64,000 nucleotides of DNA from an uncultured Chloroflexia bacterium (GCA_963746845.1 CAVVCZ010000002.1:160001-224000), one strand, 5' to 3'. Shown: positions 1 to 11,004, numbered from the stretch's first letter. The notes: a model not told the origin generated them from the letters alone. A program made the numbers and translations.

Positions 1-392
1 AGCCGACTCCGGTCGTCACGCCCGAGCCGTTCCCGCTCGTGGCGATCGAGTGGTCGGGTGGGAATTGCGCCGCGACCGTGTGCACGCGGGTCGTGAACAT
101 CGAGGGCGACGGACGGCTGCACGAGGTGATCCCGGAGGACCGCGTGCTCGGGATCGTGCCTGAGGCGCTCCGCGACGCGCTTCGCGTCGAGATCGAGCGC
201 GCCGACTACCGCGCGATCCTGAGCCATCCGTTCACGGGCACCTGCCCAACGGCGTACGACGGCCAGGCGATCGCTTACACGTTCCACGCCTCGGCTCGCG
301 ACCGGACCATCGACTCCTGCAAGGTCGCAATCGACCCGAACCACCCGCTGTTCAAGGCGCTCGACGCGGCGGTCAAGGCCGGGGGCGGCTGA
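1..392 (+). CDS. Hypothetical, probably exported protein (5'-truncated by window)
   Basis: Frame is open back to base 3 (PTPVVTPEPFPLV...). Pro/Thr linker followed by a small Cys-containing domain (GGNCAATVC, TCPTAYDG). Confidence 0.6.
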   Translation, partial: PTPVVTPEPFPLVAIEWSGGNCAATVCTRVVNIEGDGRLHEVIPEDRVLGIVPEALRDALRVEIERADYRAILSHPFTGTCPTAYDGQAIAYTFHASARDRTIDSCKVAIDPNHPLFKALDAAVKAGGG

Positions 393-407
393 GCCGCGAC
401 CGGGCGG

Positions 408-1355
408 TCACCGAAGCACGTCCGCGACCGCGAGTCGAAGATCCGTCCAGCGGAATGCATAGCCGAGCTCGGTGGCTCGCGCCGGGATCGCCCGAACGCT
501 GCCGAGGATCAGCACCGACACGTCGCGGAGCACGAGTCGGATCGGGAGCGCCGGGACCGACAGCCACGACCGTCGACCGAGGGCCGCGCCGATCGCCGCC
601 GCCACCTCCGACTCGTGGGCCGGCTCCGGCGACACCGCGTTGAACGGCCCCGTTGCACGCGAGTCGTCGATCGCCATCCGCATGATCCCGGCCACGTCGT
701 CGACGTGGACCCAGCTCATCCACTGCCGACCCGAGCCGAGCCGGCCACCGAGATGGAGCCGGAACGGGAGGACCAGGAGCTGGAGCGCCTTCGCATCCGG
801 GCCGATCACGAACCCGTTCCGGACGATCGCGACGCGCACGCCGAGCTCCTCGGCTCCCCGCGCGGCGGCTTCCCAGTCGTGGCACAGGTCTGCGAGGAAG
901 CCGGTCGCGCGGTCGTCCGCCTCGGTGGCCGGCGTGGCGTCGAGACCCTGGTAGCCGTCCGATCCGGACACGTTGACGAGGACCGACGGCCGACGATCGA
1001 GCGGGAGGCGGCGCATCGCTTCGACGATCGTGCGCGTCGGTCCCAGGCGGCTGTCGCGGATCGCCCGGCGCCGGCCGCGGGTCCAGGGTCGCGGTCCCAC
1101 CGGCACGCCGGTGACGTTGACGACCGCGTGGACGCCATCGAGGAGACGCGCCGCCTCATCAGCGTCCGCGCCCGTCCAGCGGACGAGGTTGCCGTGTCGC
1201 CGCCCGCGGCTCTGGGCACGATCCGGGTCGCGGCTGAGGACGATGACGTCGTCGCCGCGTGCCGCGAGACTAGCGGCCAGATGCTGGCCGATGAACCCGC
1301 TGCCGCCGGCGATCGCGATCCGCCGGGCACTCAGGATCGGAGGTTCCGAGGTCAT
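408..1355 (-). CDS. TIGR01777/YfcH-like NAD-dependent epimerase family protein
   Basis: GGSGFIG Rossmann motif, DSRL, GFLADLCHDWE, GGRLGSGRQWMSWVHVDD. Confidence 0.9.
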   Translation of the reverse strand: MTSEPPILSARRIAIAGGSGFIGQHLAASLAARGDDVIVLSRDPDRAQSRGRRHGNLVRWTGADADEAARLLDGVHAVVNVTGVPVGPRPWTRGRRRAIRDSRLGPTRTIVEAMRRLPLDRRPSVLVNVSGSDGYQGLDATPATEADDRATGFLADLCHDWEAAARGAEELGVRVAIVRNGFVIGPDAKALQLLVLPFRLHLGGRLGSGRQWMSWVHVDDVAGIMRMAIDDSRATGPFNAVSPEPAHESEVAAAIGAALGRRSWLSVPALPIRLVLRDVSVLILGSVRAIPARATELGYAFRWTDLRLAVADVLR

Positions 1356-1393
1356 GATGGCGAGCCTTCCGTGCTACTCTGGCATAGCAAGTT

Positions 1394-2161
1394 ATGACAG
1401 CCGAACTCGCTACTGTCAAGGCGCACGTTTCTGAGGGCGGGAACAGCACGCGGCTCGACCCGTCGGCGCCCGCCGAGGAGCTCCGGCTCCGGTTCGCCGA
1501 AGCGTGGGGCGAGATGAGCGCGTCGTGGGGTGTCGCGCCGGCGATCGGTCGCGTCCACGCCTACCTGATGGTCCGGAACGAGCCGCTGACGGAACGCGAG
1601 ATCCGCGAGGCGCTCGGGCTGTCGCATCGGGCGGCGAGCCTGGCTCTCACCGACGCCGAGACGTGGGGGATCGTCGAGCGGGTCGCGGAGCCGCGACGCG
1701 TCGGCCGGCGTGGCCCGGCCGGCACCGCGTATGTCGCGGTCGGCGACCACTGGCAGTGGTTCACCCGCGTCATCGCGGAACGGAAGGTTCGCGAGGGCGA
1801 CCCGATCGTGGAGGTCATCGCGCGGACGGCCGACGAGGCGGGCACTGCGGCCGCGGCTCACCCGGACGACCGCGACCTCGCCGCGCTCCACGAGTGGCTC
1901 GTCACGTTCAACGCCTTCGTCCGCCTGTTCGACCGGGCCGTGGGGCTGATCCCGAAGCTGCAGCCGCGGGAGCTGGAACGTGGGATGCGACTCCTGGGCC
2001 AGGTGCCGGACGAGACGGTCCTGCGGCTGGTCCACCTGCTCGGCGGGCTGCCGGACGAGGATGTGCTCGAGCTGGTCGACGCCCTCAGCCGTCTCTCGCC
2101 GAGCGCCGCACGCCGGGCGACCAAGCTGATGTCGGGGGTCGTCCGCACCGTCTCACGCTGA
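1394..2161 (+). CDS. GbsR/MarR-family transcriptional regulator with C-terminal helical extension
   Basis: WGEMSASWGVAPAIGRVHAYL...EIREALGLS...WGIVERV winged-helix pattern; divergent from the epimerase gene. Confidence 0.8.
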   Translation: MTAELATVKAHVSEGGNSTRLDPSAPAEELRLRFAEAWGEMSASWGVAPAIGRVHAYLMVRNEPLTEREIREALGLSHRAASLALTDAETWGIVERVAEPRRVGRRGPAGTAYVAVGDHWQWFTRVIAERKVREGDPIVEVIARTADEAGTAAAAHPDDRDLAALHEWLVTFNAFVRLFDRAVGLIPKLQPRELERGMRLLGQVPDETVLRLVHLLGGLPDEDVLELVDALSRLSPSAARRATKLMSGVVRTVSR

Positions 2162-2173
2162 GCGCTGCCGGCG

Positions 2174-2722
2174 TCACGGGGTGGCCGCGAGGAGCTCATC
2201 GGCCACCAGCTCGAACGGCTCGAGGCTCTGCTCGGCCCGGCTGACCACGACCGCGCCTTCGCTGGCTGCGACCAGGGTGGTCGCCAGGCGGATCGCGGCA
2301 TCAGCGCTCATGCCACCCTCCACGTACAGCTCGGCCAGACGCCCGCGCCACGCACGGAAGATCGACGCGGCATGACCGAGGAGGTCGGGTGAGTCGGTCG
2401 CGACGGTCACGGCCAGCACCGCGCACCCTGCCCGCAGGTCCGACCGGACGAGCACCTCGCGCCAGAGGTCTAGGAAGAAGGCGGTCACCTCCCTGGGTGG
2501 CGATCCGCTGACGGCGTCGAGGACGCGGAGGGCGCGGTCGCCCGCGAGCGCGATCGCGGCATCGACGAGCTGATCCTTGCCCTCCGGGAAGTGGTGATAG
2601 ATCGAACCGCGCGGTGCCCCGGATCGTGCGATGACATCGCCGAACGACGTGCCTTCGAGCCCACGCGTGGCGAGCAGGGTCACGGCGCTCTCGACCATCT
2701 TCCGGCGGCTGTCGCTCGGCAC
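2174..2722 (-). CDS. TetR/AcrR family regulator (LmrA/YxaF-like)
   Basis: SGAPRGSIYHHFPEGKDQL HTH and GCAVLAV C-terminal motif. Confidence 0.9.
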   Translation of the reverse strand: MPSDSRRKMVESAVTLLATRGLEGTSFGDVIARSGAPRGSIYHHFPEGKDQLVDAAIALAGDRALRVLDAVSGSPPREVTAFFLDLWREVLVRSDLRAGCAVLAVTVATDSPDLLGHAASIFRAWRGRLAELYVEGGMSADAAIRLATTLVAASEGAVVVSRAEQSLEPFELVADELLAATP

Positions 2723-2744
2723 GGCCTCCCGCGTCCTCCCTCTT

Positions 2745-2793
2745 GACTATGACGACCGTCATAGTCCATCCTCCGCTATGACGAACAGCATAG
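2745..2793. promoter_or_regulatory. Two TetR-type operators in the divergent intergenic region
   Basis: Perfect palindrome GACTATGACG-AC-CGTCATAGTC (2745-2766) and degenerate copy CTATGACGAACAGCATAG (2776-2793); overlaps a TTGACT -35-like hexamer at 2743. Confidence 0.75.
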
Positions 2794-2810
2794 TCCGGAG
2801 TGCGACCGCC

Positions 2811-3242
2811 ATGCCGATGATCGACATCCACGCCCCTGCCGGCACATTCGCCGACCGCCATGCGCTTGCCGCGGCCGCCGCGGCCGCCGTCATGCGGATC
2901 GAAGGCGTGCCGGACATCCCGATGTTCCGCGACAACACCGCGGCCTTCGTGCGCGAGCTCCCGGCCGCAGCGATCTCGGACGTCAACGGCGACTCGAGGC
3001 ACATCCGGGTGCAGGTGCTGACCAACGCCGGAGCCCTCGACCGCGACCAGCAACTGGCGGTCGTCGAGCAGCTGACGGTGCTGGTCGCGGACGCCGCGGG
3101 CGATCCGACCCTCGCTCGGCGCACCTGGGTGCTCCTCACCGAAGCGGCCCCCGGGGGCTGGGGTCTCTGGGGCCACGCCCACACCAACGAGGAGCTGATC
3201 ACGGCGGCTCGTGCGGAGATCGCGTCGCTCCAACGGGGCTGA
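2811..3242 (+). CDS. Tautomerase superfamily protein
   Basis: Met-Pro start (catalytic Pro1 pattern, MPMIDIHAP), GGAG RBS, TWVLLTE..GGWG motif. Confidence 0.8.
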   Translation: MPMIDIHAPAGTFADRHALAAAAAAAVMRIEGVPDIPMFRDNTAAFVRELPAAAISDVNGDSRHIRVQVLTNAGALDRDQQLAVVEQLTVLVADAAGDPTLARRTWVLLTEAAPGGWGLWGHAHTNEELITAARAEIASLQRG

Positions 3243-3293
3243 CCCGGGCGTCGTCGGTCACATGGTCTCGCGCGGATCGGGCCTGACGCGGGC

Positions 3294-3443
3294 GACTTGT
3301 CGAATGCCGCTCCGAAGCGCGCTATGCGCGTTCGGCCGGCCGGATCTGTTCCATTGCAGCCAAATTCGGCAATGAGCAACGAATCCGGCCGGTTCGACGC
3401 CCGGCGAGCCCGTCGTGCTCGCAGGCGCGACGTTGCACAAGTC
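3294..3443. repeat. ~150-bp imperfect palindromic intergenic element
   Basis: Nested inverted repeats: GACTTGT/ACAAGTC (3294/3437), CCGGCCGGAT/ATCCGGCCGG (3336/3383), CATTGC/GCAATG (3352/3369). Confidence 0.6.
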
Positions 3444-3551
3444 ACGACGCGCGTGGTGAGCCAAGTGACCGCGCCTTGACCCGCGCCGTGGCACACACGA
3501 ACGGCCGAACCGGGCGGCGGATCGGGCCATGGCGGAGCCGCGGGGGGTCCG

Positions 3552-3560
3552 TGCGATAAT
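3552..3560 (+). promoter_or_regulatory. Extended -10 promoter of the pdxS operon
   Basis: TG-C-GATAAT about 100 bp upstream of the pdxS ATG. Confidence 0.5.
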
Positions 3561-3659
3561 TCGGGCGCGCGAGGCGGCTCGGCCGACTCGAACGGGCGAC
3601 GACCCCGCGGCAAGCCCGGCCGGCAGACCCGCGCGAAACAACCGGAGCACACACCCGAC

Positions 3660-4547
3660 ATGGCAGTCGAAACGTCCACGTGGGCGACGAAGAAGGGTCT
3701 CGCCCAGATGCTCAAGGGCGGCGTCATCATGGACGTCGTCACCCCGGATCAGGCGAAGATCGCCGAGGATGCCGGCGCGGTCGCGGTCATGGCCCTCGAG
3801 CGCGTCCCGGCCGACATCCGCGCCGCCGGCGGCGTCGCCCGGATGAGTGACCCCTCGATGATCGAGGGGATCATGAGCGCCGTGACGATCCCGGTCATGG
3901 CGAAGGCCCGGATCGGCCACTTCGTCGAGGCCCAGGTCCTCGAGGCGCTCGGCGTCGACTACATCGACGAGTCCGAGGTTCTGACCCCGGCCGACGAGAC
4001 GAACCACATCGACAAGCACGCGTTCAAGGTGCCGTTCGTGTGCGGCTGCCGGAACCTGGGCGAAGCCCTGCGCCGGATCAACGAAGGCGCGGCGATGATG
4101 CGGACCAAGGGCGAGGCCGGGACCGGCAACGTCGTCGAGGCCGTCCGTCAGCTGCGTGACGTCCTCGGCGAGATCCGCAAGCTCCAGGGGATGCGCGAGG
4201 ACGAGCTTTTCGTGGCCGCCAAGGAGCTTCAGGCGCCGTACGAGCTGGTCAAGCAGGTCGCGGCCGACGGCAAGCTGCCGGTCGTGAACTTCGTCGCAGG
4301 TGGGATCTCGACCCCGGCCGACGCCGCGCTCGTCATGCAGCTGGGCTCCGAGGGCGTCTTCGTGGGCTCGGGGATCTTCAAGAGCGAGAATCCGGCCCGG
4401 ATGGCGAACGCGATCGTCCAGGCGACGACCCACTTCGACAACCCCGCGATCATCGCCGACGTCTCGAAGGGACTGGGGGCGCCGATGCGGGGCATCGCGA
4501 TGGAAGCCATCCCGGAGGGGGAACGCCTCGCGGTCCGCGGCTGGTAG
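3660..4547 (+). CDS. pdxS: Pyridoxal 5'-phosphate synthase lyase subunit
   Basis: [37 protein letters not shown]. Confidence 0.98.
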   Translation: MAVETSTWATKKGLAQMLKGGVIMDVVTPDQAKIAEDAGAVAVMALERVPADIRAAGGVARMSDPSMIEGIMSAVTIPVMAKARIGHFVEAQVLEALGVDYIDESEVLTPADETNHIDKHAFKVPFVCGCRNLGEALRRINEGAAMMRTKGEAGTGNVVEAVRQLRDVLGEIRKLQGMREDELFVAAKELQAPYELVKQVAADGKLPVVNFVAGGISTPADAALVMQLGSEGVFVGSGIFKSENPARMANAIVQATTHFDNPAIIADVSKGLGAPMRGIAMEAIPEGERLAVRGW

Positions 4548-4581
4548 GGCAGCGCGCCACGCGCGCCGAGGCCGCCGGCCG

Positions 4582-5220
4582 ATGAAGATCGGAGTCCTGG
4601 CCCTCCAGGGCGCCTTCCGCGAGCATCTCCAGACGCTCGACGCGATCGGCGTCGAGGGCGTCCCCGTGCGCCTCCCCGCGGACCTCGCCGGCGTCTCCGG
4701 GCTGATCCTGCCCGGCGGCGAGAGCACGACGATGCGGAACCTGATCCGCCGCTGGGGCCTGGCCGAGCCGATCCTTGTGCTGGCCGCGACCGGCGCGCCG
4801 CTGTTCGGGACGTGCGCAGGAATGATCGTCCTGTCGAGCCACATCGCCGGCGGCGAGGACCCGATCCTCCCGCTCCTCGACGTGACCGTCGAGCGGAACG
4901 CGTTCGGCCGCCAACTGGACTCGTTCGAGGCGGAGCTGTCCGTTCCCGTCCTCGGCGACCGGCCCGTCCACGGCGTCTTCATCCGGGCGCCCGTGATCGA
5001 GGATGTCGGGCCGGAGGTCGACGTCCTCGCCCGTCTCGACGACGGCCGGATCGTGGCCGTCCGCGAGCGGAACGTGATCGCGACCTCGTTCCACCCCGAG
5101 CTGGCAGGGGAGACCCGATTCCACCGCCTTGTCGCGACGATGGCCGCCGAGCACGACGACCCCGGCGAGGGCGCCGGCCGTCGCCCCCACCCGACCCGCC
5201 GCGCGCGGAACGCCACGTGA
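4582..5220 (+). CDS. pdxT: PLP synthase glutaminase subunit
   Basis: IGVLALQGAFREH, PGGESTT, GTCAGMI, FHPE; ATG at 4582. Confidence 0.97.
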   Translation: MKIGVLALQGAFREHLQTLDAIGVEGVPVRLPADLAGVSGLILPGGESTTMRNLIRRWGLAEPILVLAATGAPLFGTCAGMIVLSSHIAGGEDPILPLLDVTVERNAFGRQLDSFEAELSVPVLGDRPVHGVFIRAPVIEDVGPEVDVLARLDDGRIVAVRERNVIATSFHPELAGETRFHRLVATMAAEHDDPGEGAGRRPHPTRRARNAT

Positions 5221-6281
5221 CGCAGGCCCGCGCTCCAAAGACCGCCGCGAGCGGCAAGGTCCGCGTCGCTCGCCTGACCGACCTGGCCGCACTCGGCGAG
5301 CTGTCGCGTCTCTGCCAGGACATCACGGCCGCGACCCGATCGCTCGGCCTGCCGGTCAGCGGCCGGCCGATCGGTGTGTTCAGCCTGTTCCGGCTCCCGC
5401 TCGGCGCGTTCCAGCCGCACGACCTGATGTACGTCTACGAGGAGTCCGGCCGCTTGTCCGGCCTGATCCGCGTCGAGCGCGACTCGGTCCGTGACGAGTG
5501 GACGATCGTCGAGCTCGACGGGATCGGCTCCGGGCAGGCCGGCGACATCCGGTTCCGCCTCGTCAACCAGGTCCTGCGCGAGGCGGCCAAGCGCGGCCCG
5601 TGGCGGCTCCACGTCGCGTGCGCGGACCAGGACGGCAACGTGGAGCTGTTCATGCAGGCCGGGTTCGCCCGGTACGGCGACGAGCGGGTCCTGCATCGCG
5701 ACGGCGAGCTCGACCTCCCCGAGACGTGGACGGACGACCAGATGAAGGACTGCCGGATCCGGCCGGCCGCGCCGCTCGACGCGCTGCCGATGTCCCGCCT
5801 GTACGCGGCGGCCACGCCACAGCCGGTCCAGCGGCTCGAGGGGATCCGCCTGCCCGACTGGGAGCGCCAGGGCACGAACTGGCGGGTCCCCCGGTCCAGC
5901 CTCGCCCCGATCCTCCGCTTCGCGGACGTCGAGGTGTTCGTCCAGGAGAGCGCGACGGGCGGCAAGGACGGCTCGGCCCTGGACGGGCTCGTCCAGATCG
6001 GCGTCGCCAAGGAGGACCAGCCGCACTACCTGAAGCTGCTGGTCCGCCCCGACGCCGACGCATCGAGCCTGACCTCGTTCGCGCTCGGGATCATCCGGGC
6101 CCGGACCGAGAAGGCCGGCCGCGAGCACGGCGTGATCTCGCCGGTCCGCACCTACGAGTCGCCGATCGATCGGAGGCTCGAAGACGCGGGCTTCGGTACG
6201 ATCGCGACCGTGACCCTGTTGATGAAGGACACGCTGGTGCGTGTCGCGGAGCCGGCACTCGTGCCGGCCGGGGTCCGTTGA
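5217..6281 (+). CDS. Tandem GNAT-fold-like protein
   Basis: GTG overlaps the pdxT stop. Two GNAT-like halves ending ELFMQAGF and RRLEDAGF. Confidence 0.6.
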   Translation: MTQARAPKTAASGKVRVARLTDLAALGELSRLCQDITAATRSLGLPVSGRPIGVFSLFRLPLGAFQPHDLMYVYEESGRLSGLIRVERDSVRDEWTIVELDGIGSGQAGDIRFRLVNQVLREAAKRGPWRLHVACADQDGNVELFMQAGFARYGDERVLHRDGELDLPETWTDDQMKDCRIRPAAPLDALPMSRLYAAATPQPVQRLEGIRLPDWERQGTNWRVPRSSLAPILRFADVEVFVQESATGGKDGSALDGLVQIGVAKEDQPHYLKLLVRPDADASSLTSFALGIIRARTEKAGREHGVISPVRTYESPIDRRLEDAGFGTIATVTLLMKDTLVRVAEPALVPAGVR

Positions 6282-6298
6282 CCCCGAAGGAGGCCCGG

Positions 6299-8392
6299 TT
6301 GTCCGCTGAGCGGCGACGTGAATCGATCGACGACCTCGACGTGCTCCTGGCCTCCCTGCCGGCCGAGATCGTCGATGCCGTCCACGCGCTCCCCGAGAAG
6401 GAGGCGTTGATCGAGGTCGTCCTGGACCTGGGCCGCCGGCCCGAGGCGCGCTTCCCGGACTCCGAGGTGATGCTCCTCGATCGGGAGATCGACGAATCCG
6501 ACATCGCCCACGTCGTCGAGCACATCGGCACCTTCGGCGACGACAACCGGGCGGGGATCGAGCGGACGCTCCACCGGATCAGCGCCATCCGCAACCGGAA
6601 CGGCAAGATCGTCGGGCTGACGTGCCGGATCGGCCGCGCCGTCTACGGGACGATCGAGATCATCAACGACTTCGTCGAGTCGGGGAAGTCGATCCTGATC
6701 ATGGGCCGGCCGGGGATCGGCAAGACGACGATGCTGCGCGAGGCCGCCCGCGTCCTCGCCGACGACCTCGGCAAGCGCGTCGTCGTCGTCGACACGTCGA
6801 ACGAGATCGCGGGCGACGGCGACATCCCCCATCCGGCGATCGGCAAGGCGCGCCGGATGCAGGTCCGGACGCCGTCCATGCAGCACGAGGTGATGATCGA
6901 GGCGGTCGAGAACCACATGCCGCAGGTCATCGTCATCGACGAGATCGGGACCGAGCTCGAGGCCCAGGCGGCCCGGACGATCGCCGAGCGCGGCGTCCAG
7001 CTGATCGGCACCGCCCACGGCAACAACCTCGACAACCTGATGCTCAACCCGACGCTGTCCGACCTGATCGGCGGGATCCAGAGCGTGACCCTCGGCGACG
7101 AGGAGGCACGCCGCCGGCGGACGCAGAAGAGCGTCCTCGAGCGGAAGGCGCCGCCGACCTTCGACGTGATCATCGAGATCCAGGATCGCGAGCGGGTGAC
7201 GGTCCACGCCGACGTCGCGGACACCGTCGACTCGCTGCTCCGCGGCGACCCGGTCGCACCGGAGCTGCGCTGGCGCGACGAGGAGGGCGTCCATCGTTCG
7301 CAGGCCCGGCCCCGGCCGTCGCCCCGCGAGCAGATCGGGGCCGAGCGGTTCGCCGGGCTCGTCGGGTCCGGCCAGCCATGGCGGATGGAGCCGGGCTGGC
7401 GTGGTGAGGGGTCGTACCGGGGCGGCGGGTATCGCGAGGCTGGTGGCGCCGGCGCAACCGGGTTCCGCTCCGGCTACCGGCCGGGCGCGAGCGGCGGCTG
7501 GCGTCAGACGCGCGGCGGATCGTCGCGAGAGCCGTCGCCGCGCGGGTCGCAGACGGAGGGCGGCAGAGACGGCCCAGCGGGCATGATGCCGGGCGAGCGG
7601 TTCGCGGTCCCGCCGTCGGGGCGGGCCGGATCGCGGCCCGAGGACGTGCCGTTCGTCAACGGGGAGATCGCCGATCGCGGTCCGCTCGAGCGTGGCGCGC
7701 CGCCCGTGCCCGATACGCGTGCCCGCGAGGCGCGCGAGCTCGACCGCCAGAAGGCCTGGCGCGACCAGGCGAAGCGGGCGATGACCGCGCTGCGCGCCGA
7801 GGAGGGCACGGCGCCGGTCAACGCCGACGATCTCGAGATCGACGACGAGGATGACGGTCCGCTCGGGATCGAGGAGCGCGAGGACGGCGGGGCCATCCTC
7901 GTGCCGGGTGGCGCGCCGCTGCCGACGCTCCGGGTCCTGGCCCAGGGGATCAGCCGCAAGCGGCTCGAGCAGGCGATCCGCGACCTCCAGCTGCCCGTCC
8001 TGATCGCCCGCGACGTCGACGAGGCGGACGTCGTCATGACGCTCCGCAACGAGTACAAGCAGAAGACGCCGATGCTTCGCGAGGCCGAGGATCGCGCCCT
8101 GCCGATCTACGTGCTGAAGTCGAACACCATCCCGCAGATGCAGTCGAGCCTGACCTCGATCTTCTCGCTCGAGATCGATCCGCGCGAGGCCGCCCTGCGC
8201 GAGACGGAGGAGGCGATCGGGCTGGTCCTGAACGGCTCGGACCCCGTCGAGCTGTCGCCCCAGAACGCCTATATCCGGCGTTTGCAGCACCAGATGGCCG
8301 AGCGGGCGAACCTCGTCTCGCGGTCGCGCGGGCGGGAGCCCTACCGGCGCGTCCGGCTGTACCCGGACGCCGCACGCTCGGCCTGGCGGTGA
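6299..8392 (+). CDS. Ycf45/SpoIIIAA-like AAA ATPase with C-terminal R3H domain
   Basis: AGGAGG RBS and TTG start; [28 protein letters not shown]; R3H motif [11 protein letters not shown]. Confidence 0.9.
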   Translation: MSAERRRESIDDLDVLLASLPAEIVDAVHALPEKEALIEVVLDLGRRPEARFPDSEVMLLDREIDESDIAHVVEHIGTFGDDNRAGIERTLHRISAIRNRNGKIVGLTCRIGRAVYGTIEIINDFVESGKSILIMGRPGIGKTTMLREAARVLADDLGKRVVVVDTSNEIAGDGDIPHPAIGKARRMQVRTPSMQHEVMIEAVENHMPQVIVIDEIGTELEAQAARTIAERGVQLIGTAHGNNLDNLMLNPTLSDLIGGIQSVTLGDEEARRRRTQKSVLERKAPPTFDVIIEIQDRERVTVHADVADTVDSLLRGDPVAPELRWRDEEGVHRSQARPRPSPREQIGAERFAGLVGSGQPWRMEPGWRGEGSYRGGGYREAGGAGATGFRSGYRPGASGGWRQTRGGSSREPSPRGSQTEGGRDGPAGMMPGERFAVPPSGRAGSRPEDVPFVNGEIADRGPLERGAPPVPDTRAREARELDRQKAWRDQAKRAMTALRAEEGTAPVNADDLEIDDEDDGPLGIEEREDGGAILVPGGAPLPTLRVLAQGISRKRLEQAIRDLQLPVLIARDVDEADVVMTLRNEYKQKTPMLREAEDRALPIYVLKSNTIPQMQSSLTSIFSLEIDPREAALRETEEAIGLVLNGSDPVELSPQNAYIRRLQHQMAERANLVSRSRGREPYRRVRLYPDAARSAWR

Positions 8393-8757
8393 ACGCGCGG
8401 CCGCCGGATCTCCACCCGCACAACGTCGTCATCGATTGCGCCGATCACGACGTCGTCGTCCCGTTCTGGGAGGCGGCCCTCGGCTGGACCTCGCGACGGA
8501 TCAACGACCAGTTCGTCGCGCTCCGGCCACCCGAGGGAAGCGACGTCAGCTTCGCGATCCTGTTCCAGCAGGTGCCGGAGCCGAAGGTCGTGAAGAACCG
8601 CGCCCACATCGACTTCGATGCCGGCGACATGCCGGCCGAGGTGGACCGGCTCATCGCGCTCGGCGGCTCGGTCGTGGCCGAGCACAGCCTCGGCGACTTC
8701 CGCTGGACGATCGTGGCCGATCCCGAGGGCAACGAGTTCTGTGTGACGATCCGCTGA
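8389..8757 (+). CDS. VOC/glyoxalase family protein
   Basis: [25 protein letters not shown]. Confidence 0.9.
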   Translation: MNARPPDLHPHNVVIDCADHDVVVPFWEAALGWTSRRINDQFVALRPPEGSDVSFAILFQQVPEPKVVKNRAHIDFDAGDMPAEVDRLIALGGSVVAEHSLGDFRWTIVADPEGNEFCVTIR

Positions 8758-8784
8758 TCTGCTGACCCGGGGGGAGCCCACAAG

Positions 8785-9486
8785 ATGATCGCTTCGCCGG
8801 TCGCCCCAGTGCCCACGTCGCGGCTGTCGCTGCTCGCGAAGGTCCTGATCGGCTATGGCGTGGTTGGACTGATCGGGGCAGCGATCGCGGCCGTGCTGCT
8901 GGTGATCGCGTTCAGCCGCGTCACCACCCTGTCGAACCAGCTGACCGACAACGTCGGCGGCGTCTCGGCAGTGCTCGACAAGACCGCGACGGCGCTCGAC
9001 GACGCGGCGAACAGCGCGTCGAGCTTCGCGACGACCCTCGACGCCGTGTCCACCGCGACGGTGAACGCGGCCACGGACCTGCGGCAGATTGTGCCGCGGC
9101 TGCGGGGCCTGCAGGAGGGGGCGAACGCAGTGTCGATCCTCGGGTCGCAGCCGCTCGGCCGGCTGGGCCAGCTGTTCGGCGAGATCGCCGATCAGGTCAC
9201 AAACCTGACTGGCGAGCTCGACACGATCTCGAAGAGCCTGATCGGGAACCGGTCCGCGCTGGAGAAGAACGCCACGTCGCTCGCGGGCCTCGCGGACGAG
9301 GTCGGGACGTTATCGACGACGCTCGCGGGCGACCAGCTGGCGGTCGCGATCGACAGCCTGCGCTGGCTGATCCTCGCCCTGCTCGCGATCGCCGCAATCG
9401 GAGCGGCCGTACCGGCCGCCGGGGCACTGATCGCCGGCTGGTGGCTGCGGGACATGCTCCAGCACCAGGCGACGCCCGCGATCTAG
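8785..9486 (+). CDS. Hypothetical membrane protein (N- and C-terminal TM segments, coiled-coil middle)
   Basis: Hydrophobic ends and heptad-like core. Confidence 0.7.
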   Translation: MIASPVAPVPTSRLSLLAKVLIGYGVVGLIGAAIAAVLLVIAFSRVTTLSNQLTDNVGGVSAVLDKTATALDDAANSASSFATTLDAVSTATVNAATDLRQIVPRLRGLQEGANAVSILGSQPLGRLGQLFGEIADQVTNLTGELDTISKSLIGNRSALEKNATSLAGLADEVGTLSTTLAGDQLAVAIDSLRWLILALLAIAAIGAAVPAAGALIAGWWLRDMLQHQATPAI

Positions 9487-10913
9487 CGGAGGTCTCGCCG
9501 CAGCGCCGACCGGGCGGCGTGGAACCCGGCCATCCCGTGGACCCCACCGCCGGGCGGCGTCGACGACGAGCACAGGTAGAGACCGCGAGCCCCGGTCCAG
9601 TACGGATCGAGGGTCACCCTCGGCCGGAACACGAGTTGACGGATGTCCGCGATCCCGGCGTTGATGTCACCGCCGATCGCGTTCGGGTTGCGCGCCTCCA
9701 TCGCCGCCGGCCCGGTCGTCGCGCGGGCGAGGATCCGGTCGCGGAAGCCCGGCGCGAAGCGCTCGACCTGGGCCTCGACTCGCGTGGTCATGTCGACCGT
9801 GGAGCCGGCGGGCACATGGCAGTACGCCCAGGCGGTCGCCTTGCCATCCGGCGCTCGGGTGGGGTCCCAGGCGGCGTACTGGGCCAGCAACACGAACGGG
9901 CGGTCCGGATGCCCGCCCCGCGCGACGAGGCGTTCGGCGGCCGCGATCTCGCCGAGCGTCCCCCCGAGATGGATCGTGGCCGCCCGCGCGGCCCCCGGGG
10001 CGGCCCACGGGATCGGCCCATCGAGCGCCCAGTCGACCTTGAAGACGCCGTTGCCATAGCGGAACTGCTCGTACGCCCGGCGCGTTCGTGGCGGCAACCG
10101 GTCGCCGGCGATCCGGACTGCCGCGCGCGGCGTCACGTCGAGGAGGACGGTCCGGCTCGGCGGCAGCTCGCGCAGTCCGGTGACCTCGTGGCCGGTCTCG
10201 ACCTCACCACCGACGTCCTGAAGCTCCGCCGCGAGGGCCGTCGTGATGGCGCTCGTGCCGCCGCGGACCAGCGGCCAGCCGCCCGCGTGGGCCGTGTAGC
10301 CGAGCACGAGCCCGAATGCCGCGGTCAGCGGGCGGGTCAGGTCGAGCATCGCGTGGGCCGACAGGCCGGTCAGCGCGGCTCGTGCCTCGTCGCTCCGGAA
10401 GGCCGCGCGCGCCAGCCGGGTCGACGGGAGCAGCGCGGGCAAGCCGAACCGGGCGAGCGCGATCGGGTGGCGCGGCAGGTGCACGACCGGCCCGAGGAGC
10501 TCGTCCCCAAGCTCGTCCGCCGCGTCGACGAGCGGCCGGAACAGCCGGCGCCATCGCGGTCCGTCGGCACCCAGACCTTCGGCCGTCGCCTCGATCGATC
10601 GCTCGAGGATGACGGCGCGTCCACCGTCGAGCGGGTGGGCGAGCGGGGCATCCGAGTGGACGAGCTCCGCTCCGCGGCCCGCGAGGTCGATCGTCCGGAA
10701 GAACGGGGAGGCGGCCGTGAGCGACAGGATCGTTGCGCAGGTGTCGTGACGGAAGCCCGGGAGCGTCAGCTCCTCGGTGTGGGTGCCGCCACCGATCTCG
10801 TCGGCGGCCTCGATCACCCGGACCGACCGACCCGCTCGGGCGAGCGTGATCGCGGCGGCCAGGCCGTTCGGGCCGGCCCCGACCACGACCGCGTCGAGCG
10901 ACGAGGCTTTCAC
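9483..10913 (-). CDS. Phytoene dehydrogenase-like FAD oxidoreductase
   Basis: DAVVVGAGPNGLAAA and LYLCSSSTPPGGGVHGMAG. Confidence 0.9.
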   Translation of the reverse strand: MKASSLDAVVVGAGPNGLAAAITLARAGRSVRVIEAADEIGGGTHTEELTLPGFRHDTCATILSLTAASPFFRTIDLAGRGAELVHSDAPLAHPLDGGRAVILERSIEATAEGLGADGPRWRRLFRPLVDAADELGDELLGPVVHLPRHPIALARFGLPALLPSTRLARAAFRSDEARAALTGLSAHAMLDLTRPLTAAFGLVLGYTAHAGGWPLVRGGTSAITTALAAELQDVGGEVETGHEVTGLRELPPSRTVLLDVTPRAAVRIAGDRLPPRTRRAYEQFRYGNGVFKVDWALDGPIPWAAPGAARAATIHLGGTLGEIAAAERLVARGGHPDRPFVLLAQYAAWDPTRAPDGKATAWAYCHVPAGSTVDMTTRVEAQVERFAPGFRDRILARATTGPAAMEARNPNAIGGDINAGIADIRQLVFRPRVTLDPYWTGARGLYLCSSSTPPGGGVHGMAGFHAARSALRRDLR

Positions 10914-11004
10914 GTGCGGCCCACACTCAGCCGCGTCGGCTGATCCAGCGGACCGGGGCGGTGAGCGCCAGACCCGCGGTGCGCAGCCAGATAACGGCGA
11001 CGCC

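Noticed and set aside
1372-1418. Short inverted repeats (TGCTA/TAGCA, TGACAG/CTGTCA) at the GbsR-like gene start
   Set aside because: A plausible operator, but 5-6 bp arms are too short to support on sequence alone.
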